64,000 nucleotides of DNA. Origin: Candidatus Krumholzibacteriota bacterium (GTDB lineage: Bacteria; Krumholzibacteriota; Krumholzibacteriia; JAJRXK01). The stretch lies in the NCBI GenBank assembly GCA_963764625.1, contig CAVXTH010000005.1, positions 416,001 through 480,000 of the forward strand, written 5' to 3'. This document shows positions 30,124 through 40,622 of this stretch, one piece after another. The first letter of the stretch is position 1, and every line of letters starts with the position of its first letter. The notes below the pieces were generated by a model, which worked only from the letters and a program-made list of their open reading frames with translations, ran no database searches and was not told where the DNA came from. Both the position numbers and the translations under genes were made by a program.

Positions 30124-31876
30124 GTGACGGACGAGAGAATCCAGCGACTGGAAGCCGCCTTGGCTGGCTTGCGTCAGCGCGTCGAGTTCCTGGAGCAGCG
30201 TCTGGAGCAGCAGGAGGAGAACGCGGTAGCGGTCTCCCCCGGCGCTACGCGCCCGGCATCAGGTGTCGCGTCCTCGCAAGGAAGCGAGGCGCTCCCTCCG
30301 AAACGAAGTCTCCTGCCTCTCTTGGGCCGGACCCTGCTGGTGCTGGGGGGCGCATTCTTCTTGCGAGCCGCGACCGACGCGGGGACCCTTCCCCGCACCA
30401 CCGGTGCCGCCCTGGGCCTTCTGTACGGGCTGAGTTTCTTGCTGCTCTGTTACCGCGCGGCCGATCGCGAGGGGTTCGTCCGCAGCGCTCTCTTCCACGC
30501 ACTGTCCGCGGCCCTGGTCGTCTTTCCCCTGCTCTTCGAGGCGACGGTCCAGCTGAAATATCTCCCCGCCCCCCTCAGCGCCTTCGCTCTCGCGGTGGCG
30601 GTCGGTGGCGCCCTCTTCGTGGCCTGGCGGCGCAGCCTTCACGGAGTGGCCTGGCTGTTTGCCGGCGTGGGGGCTCCCCTGGCCCTGGCTCTGGCCATGC
30701 TGACCAAACTCTGGCTGCCCTTCTTCGCCATCGCCCTCTTGGTCTACGGCTGCACGCTGCTCTTGGCCTACGATCGGCGCTGGATCTTTTTGGGGATGTC
30801 CGGCGCGGTTCTGGCGGACATGATGATCCTCCTGATCACCTCGCTGTACTTGCTCTCGAACGAGGGCACCCCTCTGCGCGGCATGGACATGAGGATTCTG
30901 GTGCTTCTGCAGTTCGGCCTGGTTGCAATTTATCTGGGGACCTTCACTGAGCGCACTCTGGTGGGCGGCCGGGAGATCCGGCCCCTGGAAATCGTCCAGA
31001 CCGCCTTCGTCCTGATCGTCGGGATGGGCGGAGCGCTCGTCTTGGCCGGACAGCACCAGCTTTTACGACTGGGTCTGGGAAGCCTGGCACTCTTGAGTGC
31101 CGCGCTGAGCTACGGAGTTTCCTTCGCCTTCATCGATCGCCGGCTCGCGCGGCGCAACAACTTCATCTTCTACACCAGCATCGCGCTGGTGTTCATGCTG
31201 GTCGCGTCGCTCACGCTTCTCCGGGGAGAGCTTCGAACCTGGATTCTCCTCGCCGACGCCCTTCTCGCCGCCGGGCTGGCTGTGCGCAAGCAACGCGCCA
31301 CCCTCTTGCTGCACGCCACCGTCTTCACCACGGCGGCGGCCCTGAGTTCCGGTCTGGTCAGAATCTCCGCCGGCGGCTTGTTGGGGCAGGAGCTGAGTAT
31401 AAATAGCGGGCAGGTGCTGCCGCTGGTAGCGGTGATGTTGGCCGCGGCCGGCTGTGCAGTGCTGCGCATCGCCGCGCACCACGGTACCTGGGGTCCCCTG
31501 GTACGAGCCCCACGCGTCCTCTGTCTTTCGCTTCTGGTGCTCGGGTTCTGCGGCCTCGGAACCCTGGTGGGAGGCATGCTGATGTCCGGCCACAGAGCTC
31601 AGGCGCAGGACGCAGCGATCCTCGCTTCGGTACGCACCGGACTCCTCGCAATCTTTGCGGTGCTCTTGGCCTGGCTTTCAGGGAAGTCGCGCTTCGCGGA
31701 AGCGCGCTGGCTGGTTTACCCCACTCTGGTTGCTCGGCGGTCTGGAACTCATCCTCGGCGATTTCCGCAGCGGGCGCTCCGCCACCATGTTCATCTCACT
31801 GGTGGTCTACGGCAGCGCTCTGATTCTCGCGCCCCGCCTCATGCGGCTGGGGCGTAAGAATTCCTCGCGAATCTGA
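30124..31876 (+). CDS. Polytopic membrane protein (DUF2339-like); apparent frameshift near 31730
   Basis: N-terminal coiled coil followed by many TM segments. The hydrophobic reading switches from ORF 30124..31857 (...WLVYPTL) to ORF 31655..31876 (LLGGLELILGDF...ALILAPRL). Confidence 0.7.
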
Positions 31877-31897
31877 AGCCCAGCTGGGCGCGAGCTC

Positions 31898-33721
31898 TCA
31901 CTCGAAAATGTGGAGAATCGCGTCCGAGCTCAGGGGCGAATTCAAGTGCACGCTATGGCCACCGGTAACCGGCGATCCGGCCGCGGTAACTCCATTGATC
32001 GGGTTCAGCCACTCCACTTGCATCGATTCGGAGCCGGTCGCGGAGAGATCGACGGTGACGCTGCCCCCCGAAGGCAGGTACACCACGTATTCCGCGTTGG
32101 GAGTGGTGTTTTTCGCCAGACAGTATCCGCTCGAGGCGAGATCGCCCCGGGGAACCATTTCCTTCAGTGGAATCCTCCGCGAGAGCGCCTCCGCGTAACC
32201 CATGTTGGCGCGCAAGCTCACCCAGGTTGGATCGTTGAAGTTGAATCCTTCACCGCCAACCCCGAACCCCGCCCCGTCGTAGCCGTCCATGAATACCGGG
32301 TTTCTTCCGCGGAGAAACGACTTCCACACCCACTGCCGATTGCCACAGATGCCGCAGAGATGATCCGTGTCATCCAGGATGACCTTGCTGCCATCGGCGA
32401 CCTCAGGACTGTCCACTCCCCCGTTGGGTGAGATCCAATCGGCCGAACTGGCAAAGAGCGCATTGTTGTCACCGTTGGGCCATTCCACCGTGATGCCCAC
32501 CGGATGCTGCTCTGGCAGCCCTGCCTCGTAGTCCTTGATGACAGAAACCATGTGGTTTTGCCAGTCCATCGAGCCGGAATTGCTCTCGTTGCTGATCTCG
32601 TACAGCACGTTGTCCATTTCGTTGACGGTGTCGATGACTTTCTTGACGTAGGCTTCCTGGATCGCAGTGACAGCCGCGTTCCGCAACTCGTGAATCTCCT
32701 CGCCGCTGTTGTTACCGTTCAAATCACCGTCGATGCCGTTGATGTTGTTCGTGGCCTTGAAGGGATGGCCCCGCCAAGGGTTGTTGAGGGAGAAGTTCCC
32801 CTTCGATTTGACCACGCTCCACCCGTTGAAGAGCATGACCGAGACGTAGATCGAACGTTGGCGCGCCTCGATGATCCGTTCCCTCAGACGGTCGAAATAG
32901 GCCTGATCGAATTGATCCAGGTCAAATTTGGGCAAACCGTCGTCGGCCACGCCCGGACCGGTCCGAACGAACGGCGTCATGGGGTTGAACCAGTAGTGAT
33001 TTTCAGCCGTCTCCAGCGTCCAACGAGATTCTTCCCAGGTCCACAGGCGGAAGAAGTTGTGCTGGTGTGCTACCAGAAAATCGAGATAGGCCGAGTAGTC
33101 GAACTCAGCTGGCGGATTGCCCTTACCAGCGTCCTGAAGATTGAGCCAGGTGTGCGAACCGGTCAGCAGCACGGCTCGCCCGCGCGCGTCGACGAAATAG
33201 CGTGGATTCTCACTGCTCACTTTGAGCGGCCCCATGCCCAGGATCACACGATTCAGAACCCCGATGCTGACGCCGCCGCTAACACTACCGTCTTGTATGC
33301 GCACCTGGATGATAGCGGAACCGGCCCCGGCCGCAGTGGCAACGCCCTTGGTGCCCTCGTCGTTGCTGACGGTAGCGATCGTGGGGTCAGACGAGCTCCA
33401 GTCCACGATCGAGGAGATGTCCCGCCGGGAACCATCCGCATAGACACCGGTCGCGCAGAGTTGTTGACTTCGTCCCACATCCATCAAGGGTTTCGCGGGA
33501 GTCACGACGATGGAGCTGAGCGAATCGGTTCCGGGAAGCCGCTGGGAGTTGACGCTGTCCCTCTCTCCACCGCAGGCCATGAGGGCGGAGAGAAGGCCGA
33601 GCACGAGCCAAGCCCGAGTCGGAGAACGGAAGAAGTTGGGAATCCGATGAGGTGGAGAGACCAACGTCGCATCGGTCGGGCCTAGTGGACCGCCGCCGCG
33701 ATAAGTCGTCTTGACGCTCAT
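31898..33721 (-). CDS. Lipoprotein with Big_2 Ig-like domain, GH-A-like TIM barrel (DUF6298/DUF4038-like) and C-terminal putative collagen-binding domain
   Basis: Lipobox LMAC, WSSSDPTIATV (Big_2), NPRYF, NFFRLW, YEISNE (acid/base NE), VEWLNP..G. Confidence 0.72.
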   Translation of the reverse strand: MSVKTTYRGGGPLGPTDATLVSPPHRIPNFFRSPTRAWLVLGLLSALMACGGERDSVNSQRLPGTDSLSSIVVTPAKPLMDVGRSQQLCATGVYADGSRRDISSIVDWSSSDPTIATVSNDEGTKGVATAAGAGSAIIQVRIQDGSVSGGVSIGVLNRVILGMGPLKVSSENPRYFVDARGRAVLLTGSHTWLNLQDAGKGNPPAEFDYSAYLDFLVAHQHNFFRLWTWEESRWTLETAENHYWFNPMTPFVRTGPGVADDGLPKFDLDQFDQAYFDRLRERIIEARQRSIYVSVMLFNGWSVVKSKGNFSLNNPWRGHPFKATNNINGIDGDLNGNNSGEEIHELRNAAVTAIQEAYVKKVIDTVNEMDNVLYEISNESNSGSMDWQNHMVSVIKDYEAGLPEQHPVGITVEWPNGDNNALFASSADWISPNGGVDSPEVADGSKVILDDTDHLCGICGNRQWVWKSFLRGRNPVFMDGYDGAGFGVGGEGFNFNDPTWVSLRANMGYAEALSRRIPLKEMVPRGDLASSGYCLAKNTTPNAEYVVYLPSGGSVTVDLSATGSESMQVEWLNPINGVTAAGSPVTGGHSVHLNSPLSSDAILHIFE

Positions 33722-33861
33722 GAGTCACCTAATTGTAAAGGGGAGAGGGGTTCAGCCTCAGCGCTAGAGTGACCACGACGGGCACTCTAGTTGCGATACA
33801 AGATAGCATGGCTCTCGCCGAGCGGCACCTCGGCCTTCTTAATGGTCAAGTTAAGGTCGAT

Positions 33862-34869
33862 TCAAACCCAGTCGTTGGTGTACTTGGTCAGGGCCTTCAT
33901 GTAGTTCCCCCGCTCGAAGGCCTCGGGGTTGGGGCAGTTCGCCTGGCTATACGAGCCTTTCAACTGTTCCACGCTCGCGTACTCCATCTCCTCCATCCAC
34001 AGATTCAGGCCGCGCAGGATTTCACCCACCTGGGCGGGCCCCTTGCGCAGAAGCGTGCTGGCCACAGCCACCGCATCGGCGCCGACGAGCAACATCCGCG
34101 CGAGATCGAGATGATCGTGCACGCCGCTGGTGGCGCAGAGGCTCAGTCCTACCTGGTCCTTGAGAATCGCGATCCAACGCAATGCCAGAAGCATTTCTTC
34201 CCTGCGACTCAGGACCAGATGGGGCACCACCTCCATCGTCTCGAGGTCGAGATCGGGCTGGAGATAGCGGTTGAAGAGGACGAGTCCGTCGGCGCCGGCG
34301 TAGTCAAGACGAGTCGCCATGTGGGGAAGGCTGGAAAAGTAGGGCCCCAATTTCACGGCGAGTGGCAGTTGGGTCGCTTTACGCACCTGTTCGACCAACT
34401 GGATGATGCGCTTCTCGACGTTCTCCCCCGTCATCTCGGGATCGGCCGGCACGTAGTAGACGTTGAGTTCCAACGCGTCGGCGCCAGCCTCCTCCATCAT
34501 CGAGGAAAAGCGCGCCCAACCTCCGGGCGAGTGCCCGTTGAGACTGGCGACCACCGGCACCGAGAGGCTCGACTTCGCGGCGCGGATGTGATCGAGGTAC
34601 TCCTCAGGCCCGTGCTTGTACTCGCTCAACTCGGGGAAGTACCCCGTGACCTCCGGAGAGTTCTCCGCACCGTAGTCGTTCAGCCTCTGGTCCTCGAGCT
34701 CCTCGTGTTCGACTTGTTCCTCGAAGAGACTGGGAAGAACGACTCCGCCCACTCCGGCGTCTTCCAGGCGCTTGAGAGAGTCGAGGTCGCCGGTGAGCGG
34801 TGAAGACGAAGCCAGAAGCGGGTTCTTGAGGCTCAGGCCCAGGTAATCGCTGGTCAGGTTCGACTTCAT
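33862..34869 (-). CDS. Dihydroorotate dehydrogenase-like protein (nifJ-associated)
   Basis: YLGLSLKNPL..SSSPL, ADALELNVY, AVKL.PYF, DGLVLFNRY.QPD, ERGNY. Coupled to nifJ. Confidence 0.88.
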   Translation of the reverse strand: MKSNLTSDYLGLSLKNPLLASSSPLTGDLDSLKRLEDAGVGGVVLPSLFEEQVEHEELEDQRLNDYGAENSPEVTGYFPELSEYKHGPEEYLDHIRAAKSSLSVPVVASLNGHSPGGWARFSSMMEEAGADALELNVYYVPADPEMTGENVEKRIIQLVEQVRKATQLPLAVKLGPYFSSLPHMATRLDYAGADGLVLFNRYLQPDLDLETMEVVPHLVLSRREEMLLALRWIAILKDQVGLSLCATSGVHDHLDLARMLLVGADAVAVASTLLRKGPAQVGEILRGLNLWMEEMEYASVEQLKGSYSQANCPNPEAFERGNYMKALTKYTNDWV

Positions 34870-37800
34870 TCCTTCGGCTCCTTCGAGAGAAGATCCGTGC
34901 CCTCTTCTTCATCACCGGGCAGAGTTCGTTCCACCGCGGCTAACTGCTTGTAGTACTTGTAGCGTTCCTCGATATCGCTTTGGGCCAGGTTGAAAAGATG
35001 CTTGGCCCGTTCGGGATTGCTCCGCATGAGCATCGCGAAACGCGCCTCCTTCATGGCAAAATCGCTGAAGGGAAGCGAGGGCTGCCTACTGTCCAGCTTG
35101 AATGGAGTCGAATCCGCGTTGTGGGCTTCGTCAGGATTGTAGTGATAGAGGCTGATGAAACCGCTCTTGACTCCCTCTTTCTGGTGCGTCATCGAAGTGC
35201 TCATGTCGATGCCATGCGCGATGCAGTGGCTGTAGGCGATGATCAAGGAGGGTCCGTCGTAGGCTTCCGCCTCTTTCATGACCCTGATCGTGTGGCTCGG
35301 ATTGGCGCCAAGGGCCACCTGCGCCACATAGCAGTTTCCGTAGGCCATGGCGATCATCCCCAGATCTTTCTTCCCCAGCGGCTTGCCGCTGGCCGCGAAT
35401 TTGGCCACCGCGGCGCGCGGAGTTGCCTTGCTCGCCTGACCACCTGTGTTGGAGTAGACCTCGGTGTCGAGCACGAGAATGTTGACGTTGCGGCCCGAAG
35501 CGATGACGTGGTCGAGACCTCCGAAGCCGATGTCGTAGGCCCACCCGTCTCCGCCGATGATCCACACACTACGGCGAATCAAGGAGTCGGCGACGGCCAA
35601 GAGGTCCTTGGAATCCAGGTCGTCCTCACCCTCGAGCTTTGCTTTCAGCTCAGCCACGCGCGCGCGTTGCGCCGCAATCCCGGCTTCGGTCTCCTGCTCG
35701 CCTTCGAGCAGACCACCTGAGAGGTCTCCACCCAGACGCGCGCTCAGCTTCTGCACCAGGTTACGGGCGAAGGACGTCTGCGCCTCCACCGCCAAGCGCA
35801 TCCCGATTCCGAATTCAGCGTTGTCCTCGAAGAGCGAATTGTTCCAGGCCGGTCCCTGACCCGCGGCATTGGTCGTCCATGGCGTGGTGGGAAGGTTCCC
35901 CCCGTAGATCGACGAACAACCGGTGGCGTTGGCCACGATCATTCGATCACCGAAGAGTTGGGTCGCCAGTTTGATGTAAGGAGTTTCCCCGCAGCCGGCG
36001 CATGCGCCGGAGAACTCGAAGAGCGGTTCGCCGAGTTGGCTCCCCTTGAGGCTGTCCAGCTTCACGTCCTGCCGTGGCAGATACTCGATCGACGAGAAAT
36101 ACTCGAAGTTCGCGCGCTCGCGCTCCAGATGATCGCGCTGCGACTCCATGTTGATCGCCTTGTGCTTCGCCACTTCCTTGGAATGGGCGGGACACACGTC
36201 GACGCAGACGCCGCAACCGGTACAGTCGTCGGGCGCGACTTGGACCGCCATCTCCAGACCCGCGTGTTCCTTGCCCTTCCAGGGCACCGACTGGAATCCC
36301 TCCGGCCGATCACCGTTGCGTTTCTTTGGATCCCAGGCATTGATGCGGATGGCCGCGTGCGGACACACGAGCGAACACAGCGCGCATTGGGTACAGGTGT
36401 CGGGATCCCAAATGGGAATCTCCTGCGCGATGCTGCGCTTCTCCCACTTCGTGGTTCCGGTGGGAAAAGTCCCGTCCACCGGCATCGCGCTCACCGGCAA
36501 GAGGTCTCCCTTACCTTCGATCATGATTCGGGTGACCCGTTGCACGAAATCGGGGGCGATTTCCGGCACGCCAGGATGGCGATGAATCTTCGAACTGACT
36601 TTGCCCGGCACCTTGACCTGTTGCAGGGCGCCGAGAGAAGAATCGACGGCGGCGAAGTTGCGATCGAGTACCGCCTGGCCGCGTTTTCCGTAGGTCTTGC
36701 GGATGGCATCCTTGATCTTCTCGATCGCGTCATTCTTGGGTAGAACTCCACTGATGGCAAAGAAGCAGGTCTGCATCACGGTGTTGATCCGCGTACCCAT
36801 CCCCGCCTCCTTGGCCACCGTAAACCCGTCGACCACGTAGAACTTCAGCTTCTTCTCGATGATGCCCTGCTGCGTTTCGGCGGGAATCTGGTCCCAGACT
36901 TCCTCGGCCGAGAACGGGCTGTTCAAGAGGAAGGTCGCGCCCTCGCAGGCGGTTTCCAATACGTCCATCTTCTCCAGGAAGTTGAACTGGTGGCAGGCCA
37001 CGAAATTCGCCCGGCGAATGAGATAGGTGCTCTCGATGGGGCGCGGACCGAAGCGCAGGTGGCTGACGGTGACGCTGCCGGCCTTCTTCGAGTCGTAGAC
37101 GAAGTAGCCCTGGGCATACATCTCGGTCTCTTCGCCGATGATCTTGACCGAGTTCTTGCTAGCCCCCACCGTGCCGTCGCTTCCCAAACCGTAAAACACG
37201 GCGCGGGTGACATCGTCGGGTTCGGTGACGAAGTCGTCGTCCCACTCCAAGCTCAGATGGGTGACGTCGTCGACGATTCCCACCGTGAAGCGGCGCCGCG
37301 CGTCGTCCTTCTTCGCCTCGTCCAACACTCCCTTCACCATGGCGGGAGTGAACTCCTTGCTCGAGAGCCCGAAGCGACCACCGAGCACCCGCGGACACTC
37401 TCCCTGCCATTCTTCACGAAGCGCGGTCATCACGTCCAAAAAGAGCGGCTCCGCCGGCGCTCCCGGCTCCTTGGTGCGGTCCAGGACCACCACGGTCTTG
37501 ACCGTGGGGGGCAAAGCCTCGACCAGTGCCATCGCGTCGAAGGGGCGGTAGAGCCTCACCTTGACCAGACCGACTTTCTCGCCCTGCTCGTTCAGCTTTC
37601 GGACCGCTTCTTCCGCCGCGCCGATCCCGCTTCCCATGAGCACCACCACGCGCTCGGCCTCGGGCGAGCCCACGTAATCGAAGAGGCGGTACTGGCGTCC
37701 GGTGAGACTGGCGAATCGGTCCATCGTCTCCTGGACGACACCGCTGCAGCGGTCGTAAAAGGGATTGATGGCCTCGCGCGCCTGGAAGAAGACGTCCGGA

Positions 37801-38462
37801 TTCTGGGCCGATCCTCTCAGCACGGGCGCCGACGGGTTCAACGCACGTTCGCGGTGCGCATAGATCAACTCTTCGTCGATCATGGCGCGAATCTGTTCGT
37901 CCTCGAGGACCTTCAGCTTGTTCACTTCGTGGGAAGTGCGGAAGCCGTCGAAGAAGTGCAGGAAGGGGATGCGCGTCTTCAGGGTCGCGGCCTGCGCGAT
38001 GAGCGCCATGTCTTGGACTTCCTGCACTCCACCCGAGGCCAGGAAGGCCCAACCGGTGCCGCGCGCCGCCATGACGTCGCTGTGGTCCCCGAAAATCGAG
38101 AGCGCGTGCGTGGCGACCGAGCGCGCCGCGATGTGGAACACGGTAGGGGTCAGCTCACCGGCGATCTTGAACAGATTCGGAATCATCAGGAGAAGTCCCT
38201 GCGACGCGGTGAAGGTGGTCGTGAGCGCACCAGCCTGCAGAGAGCCGTGGACCGCTCCGGCGGCCCCCCCTTCGCTCTGCATTTCGATGACCTCGGGCAC
38301 CTCGCCCCAGAGATTCTTCTGTCCCGCGGCGGACCACGCATCCGCATGCTCGCCCATGGGCGATGCGGGTGTGATGGGGTAGATGGCGATGACCTCGTTG
38401 GTCTTGTGCGCCACTCTCGCCGCGGCTTCGTTGCCGTCGATCACCGCGAAGCGATCAGCCAT
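34866..38462 (-). CDS. nifJ: Pyruvate:ferredoxin (flavodoxin) oxidoreductase
   Basis: DGNEA, YPITP, EMQSEGGAAG, FDGFRTSHE, two CxxCxxCxxxCP, FSGACAGCGETPY, GGDGWAYDIG. Start at ATG 38462 follows GGAGG. Confidence 0.97.
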   Translation of the reverse strand: MADRFAVIDGNEAAARVAHKTNEVIAIYPITPASPMGEHADAWSAAGQKNLWGEVPEVIEMQSEGGAAGAVHGSLQAGALTTTFTASQGLLLMIPNLFKIAGELTPTVFHIAARSVATHALSIFGDHSDVMAARGTGWAFLASGGVQEVQDMALIAQAATLKTRIPFLHFFDGFRTSHEVNKLKVLEDEQIRAMIDEELIYAHRERALNPSAPVLRGSAQNPDVFFQAREAINPFYDRCSGVVQETMDRFASLTGRQYRLFDYVGSPEAERVVVLMGSGIGAAEEAVRKLNEQGEKVGLVKVRLYRPFDAMALVEALPPTVKTVVVLDRTKEPGAPAEPLFLDVMTALREEWQGECPRVLGGRFGLSSKEFTPAMVKGVLDEAKKDDARRRFTVGIVDDVTHLSLEWDDDFVTEPDDVTRAVFYGLGSDGTVGASKNSVKIIGEETEMYAQGYFVYDSKKAGSVTVSHLRFGPRPIESTYLIRRANFVACHQFNFLEKMDVLETACEGATFLLNSPFSAEEVWDQIPAETQQGIIEKKLKFYVVDGFTVAKEAGMGTRINTVMQTCFFAISGVLPKNDAIEKIKDAIRKTYGKRGQAVLDRNFAAVDSSLGALQQVKVPGKVSSKIHRHPGVPEIAPDFVQRVTRIMIEGKGDLLPVSAMPVDGTFPTGTTKWEKRSIAQEIPIWDPDTCTQCALCSLVCPHAAIRINAWDPKKRNGDRPEGFQSVPWKGKEHAGLEMAVQVAPDDCTGCGVCVDVCPAHSKEVAKHKAINMESQRDHLERERANFEYFSSIEYLPRQDVKLDSLKGSQLGEPLFEFSGACAGCGETPYIKLATQLFGDRMIVANATGCSSIYGGNLPTTPWTTNAAGQGPAWNNSLFEDNAEFGIGMRLAVEAQTSFARNLVQKLSARLGGDLSGGLLEGEQETEAGIAAQRARVAELKAKLEGEDDLDSKDLLAVADSLIRRSVWIIGGDGWAYDIGFGGLDHVIASGRNVNILVLDTEVYSNTGGQASKATPRAAVAKFAASGKPLGKKDLGMIAMAYGNCYVAQVALGANPSHTIRVMKEAEAYDGPSLIIAYSHCIAHGIDMSTSMTHQKEGVKSGFISLYHYNPDEAHNADSTPFKLDSRQPSLPFSDFAMKEARFAMLMRSNPERAKHLFNLAQSDIEERYKYYKQLAAVERTLPGDEEEGTDLLSKEPKE

Positions 38463-38591
38463 TTCCGAGCCTCCTGCGTGCCCCAGGCTCCTGATTTGGA
38501 GTGGGATAGGTACCCACAGTGGTGTCTGGGCAGAGGCCGGGCAAGGTTTGCCTTCATTCCGTTCTTCTGGCTCCGTACCCCCTCCAAATCC

Positions 38592-38629
38592 GGACAAAAT
38601 GTCCGAAAGTGCCCCCGGACATCTTGTCA
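38592..38629. promoter_or_regulatory. Pair of GACA-N3-TGTC palindromic operator-like sites
   Basis: GGACAAAATGTCC (38592-38604, perfect arms) and GGACATCTTGTCA (38617-38629), between divergent nifJ and the NtrC-type regulator. Confidence 0.72.
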
Positions 38630-38715
38630 GAAAACGTGTCTGAGGCTAGCTTCTTGGCCAACCCGCGCGCTCGCCCGCGAGGGGGAGCTCGCAGCCCAAA
38701 GGAAGCAGCGACACG

Positions 38716-40155
38716 ATGAGCCAGGCCGATGCCCGCCCCACTCCGATGGAAGACGCCGAAGCCCTCGGACGGGGCACGATCCTCATCCTCGACGACGAAG
38801 TCCAGATGCTGCACTCCCTCGACCGGATGATTCGCCGCGAAGGCTACGAAGTGATCACCGCGCGCGACGGCCGGGAAGGTCTGGAGGTCCTGCGCCAATA
38901 CGACGGCGAGGTGGACGTGGCCCTCTGCGATTTGCGCATGGGGGAAATGGGAGGCATGGAATTCGTCGAGGCGGCGCGCGCGCTGTATCCCGATCTGGAA
39001 ACCGTGATCATGACCGGCTACGGCACCATCGAAGCCGCGGTGGAGGCGATGCGGGCCGGCGCCTACGACTTCTTGCCCAAACCGTTCAAGCGCGTGCAGA
39101 TCCTCAAGATCCTCTCACGCGCACTGGAGCGGAGGGCCTTGGTGGTGGAGAACCGCACCCTGCGCGCGCAGATCGAAAGCCATGGTGGCCGGACCGTCGT
39201 GGGCAACAGCGAGGTCATGCGCCGGGTGCTTGATCTGGTCAATCAGGTCGCGCGGAGCGAGGCGACGGTGCTCATTCTGGGGGAGAGCGGCACCGGAAAA
39301 GAGGTCATCGCCCGCGCCCTGCACGCGGCGAGCGATCGCGCGCGCAAGCCTTTCATCAAAGTGAATTGCGCCTCGATTCCCGAGACCCTTCTCGAAGCCG
39401 AGCTTTTCGGCTACGAGCGGGGCGCCTTCACCGGCGCGGTCAAGCGCAAGCCGGGGCGCTTCGAATTGGCCGAGGGAGGCACGCTCTTCCTGGACGAAAT
39501 CGGCGACGTTTCCCTGGAGATGCAGGTGAAACTGCTCCGGGTGCTCCAGGAGCGCGAGTACGAACGGCTGGGGGGCACCGAGACCCTCAAGGCGGATCTG
39601 CGTTTTCTGGCCGCCACCCACCAGGACCTTCACCAACTCATTCGGGAGGGCCGTTTCCGCGAGGACCTCTACTACCGGCTCGCGGTCATCCCCATCGAGA
39701 TTCCTCCCCTGCGCGAACGTCGGGAGGACATTCCCCTTCTGGCGGCTCATTTCGTCCAGCGCCTCAGCGAGAAAAACAAGAACGTCACCCCCGCCGTGCA
39801 CCCGGAGGTCCTGGACCGTCTCAATTCCTACGACTGGCCGGGCAACGTGCGCGAACTGGAGAACGTGCTCGAACGCGCGGTGGTCCTGTGTAAGGACCAC
39901 ATGATCGTGCCCCAGGACCTGCCGGCTCACATCGCTCCCCGCCGCTTCGAGGGCAACGTCCTCAAGGTGCCCATGGGCACTCCCATGCGCGAGATCCAGG
40001 AGAAGGTCATCGACCAGACCCTGGCCATCACCAGCGGCAACAAGGAGAAGGCGGCCAAGATCCTGGGCGTCGCGGCGCGCACCATCTACCGGCACATCAA
40101 GGCCCGAGAGGAGAGGGAAGCCAAGGGAGCCGACGCCGACCCCTCCGTTTCCTAG
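38716..40155 (+). CDS. Sigma-54-dependent (NtrC/AtoC family) response regulator
   Basis: Receiver domain (LDDE...D...T...KP), GESGTGKE, GAFTGA, FLDEIG, WPGNVREL, Fis-type HTH. Confidence 0.96.
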   Translation: MSQADARPTPMEDAEALGRGTILILDDEVQMLHSLDRMIRREGYEVITARDGREGLEVLRQYDGEVDVALCDLRMGEMGGMEFVEAARALYPDLETVIMTGYGTIEAAVEAMRAGAYDFLPKPFKRVQILKILSRALERRALVVENRTLRAQIESHGGRTVVGNSEVMRRVLDLVNQVARSEATVLILGESGTGKEVIARALHAASDRARKPFIKVNCASIPETLLEAELFGYERGAFTGAVKRKPGRFELAEGGTLFLDEIGDVSLEMQVKLLRVLQEREYERLGGTETLKADLRFLAATHQDLHQLIREGRFREDLYYRLAVIPIEIPPLRERREDIPLLAAHFVQRLSEKNKNVTPAVHPEVLDRLNSYDWPGNVRELENVLERAVVLCKDHMIVPQDLPAHIAPRRFEGNVLKVPMGTPMREIQEKVIDQTLAITSGNKEKAAKILGVAARTIYRHIKAREEREAKGADADPSVS

Positions 40156-40199
40156 AACCGGGCCGGAGAATGCCCTAGTTTCGCCTCATCCCGTCAAAT

Positions 40200-40212
40200 T
40201 GACAAAATGTCC
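40200..40212. promoter_or_regulatory. GACA-N3-TGTC palindromic operator-like site
   Basis: TGACAAAATGTCC upstream of the 2-oxoacid oxidoreductase operon. Identical to 20358-20370. Confidence 0.68.
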
Positions 40213-40377
40213 GAATCCCTCCCGTGAGAGCACCGGATCCTTGGATCTGGAATTCCAAGTGACTAGCTTTCCAGCGGTGCGGGAGCCGGCCCCAGGGCCG
40301 TGCTCCTTGCGCCATGGACAGCATTCTCTGACTGGATTCAGGATTCTCCCATCGATCCAGCACGAAGGAGCCCCGCG

Positions 40378-40611
40378 ATGAGCACCAAGACCGTTGAGGA
40401 TCGAGGCAAGTGCGAGGTCATCCCCGACCTCTGCAAGGGGTGCGGGCTCTGCATCTCTATGTGTCCCGAGACTTGTATCGATCGTGACCACACATTGAAC
40501 CGCCGGGGTTACCGCCCCGCCATCTACCAAGGACATGGCTGCACCGCCTGTGGGATTTGTTTTTCGACCTGTCCCGAGCCCAGCGCCATCATCGTCACTC
40601 GTTTTCGTTAG
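40378..40611 (+). CDS. 2x[4Fe-4S] ferredoxin, delta subunit of 2-oxoacid:ferredoxin oxidoreductase
   Basis: [12 protein letters not shown] and [22 protein letters not shown]. Confidence 0.92.
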   Translation: MSTKTVEDRGKCEVIPDLCKGCGLCISMCPETCIDRDHTLNRRGYRPAIYQGHGCTACGICFSTCPEPSAIIVTRFR

Positions 40612-40622
40612 GGGAGACCGCC

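Noticed and set aside
33764-33790. Hairpin CTAGAGTG-N11-CACTCTAG
   Set aside because: 8-bp stem without a U-tract or riboswitch features, insufficient to call.
36990-39233. 747-aa plus-strand ORF
   Set aside because: Antisense shadow of nifJ continuing off-frame into the regulator.
40296-40310. Sigma-54-like GG...TTGC before the vor-type operon
   Set aside because: Spacing is 11 nt rather than the required 10, so it is not called. No valid -24/-12 element was found for nifJ either.
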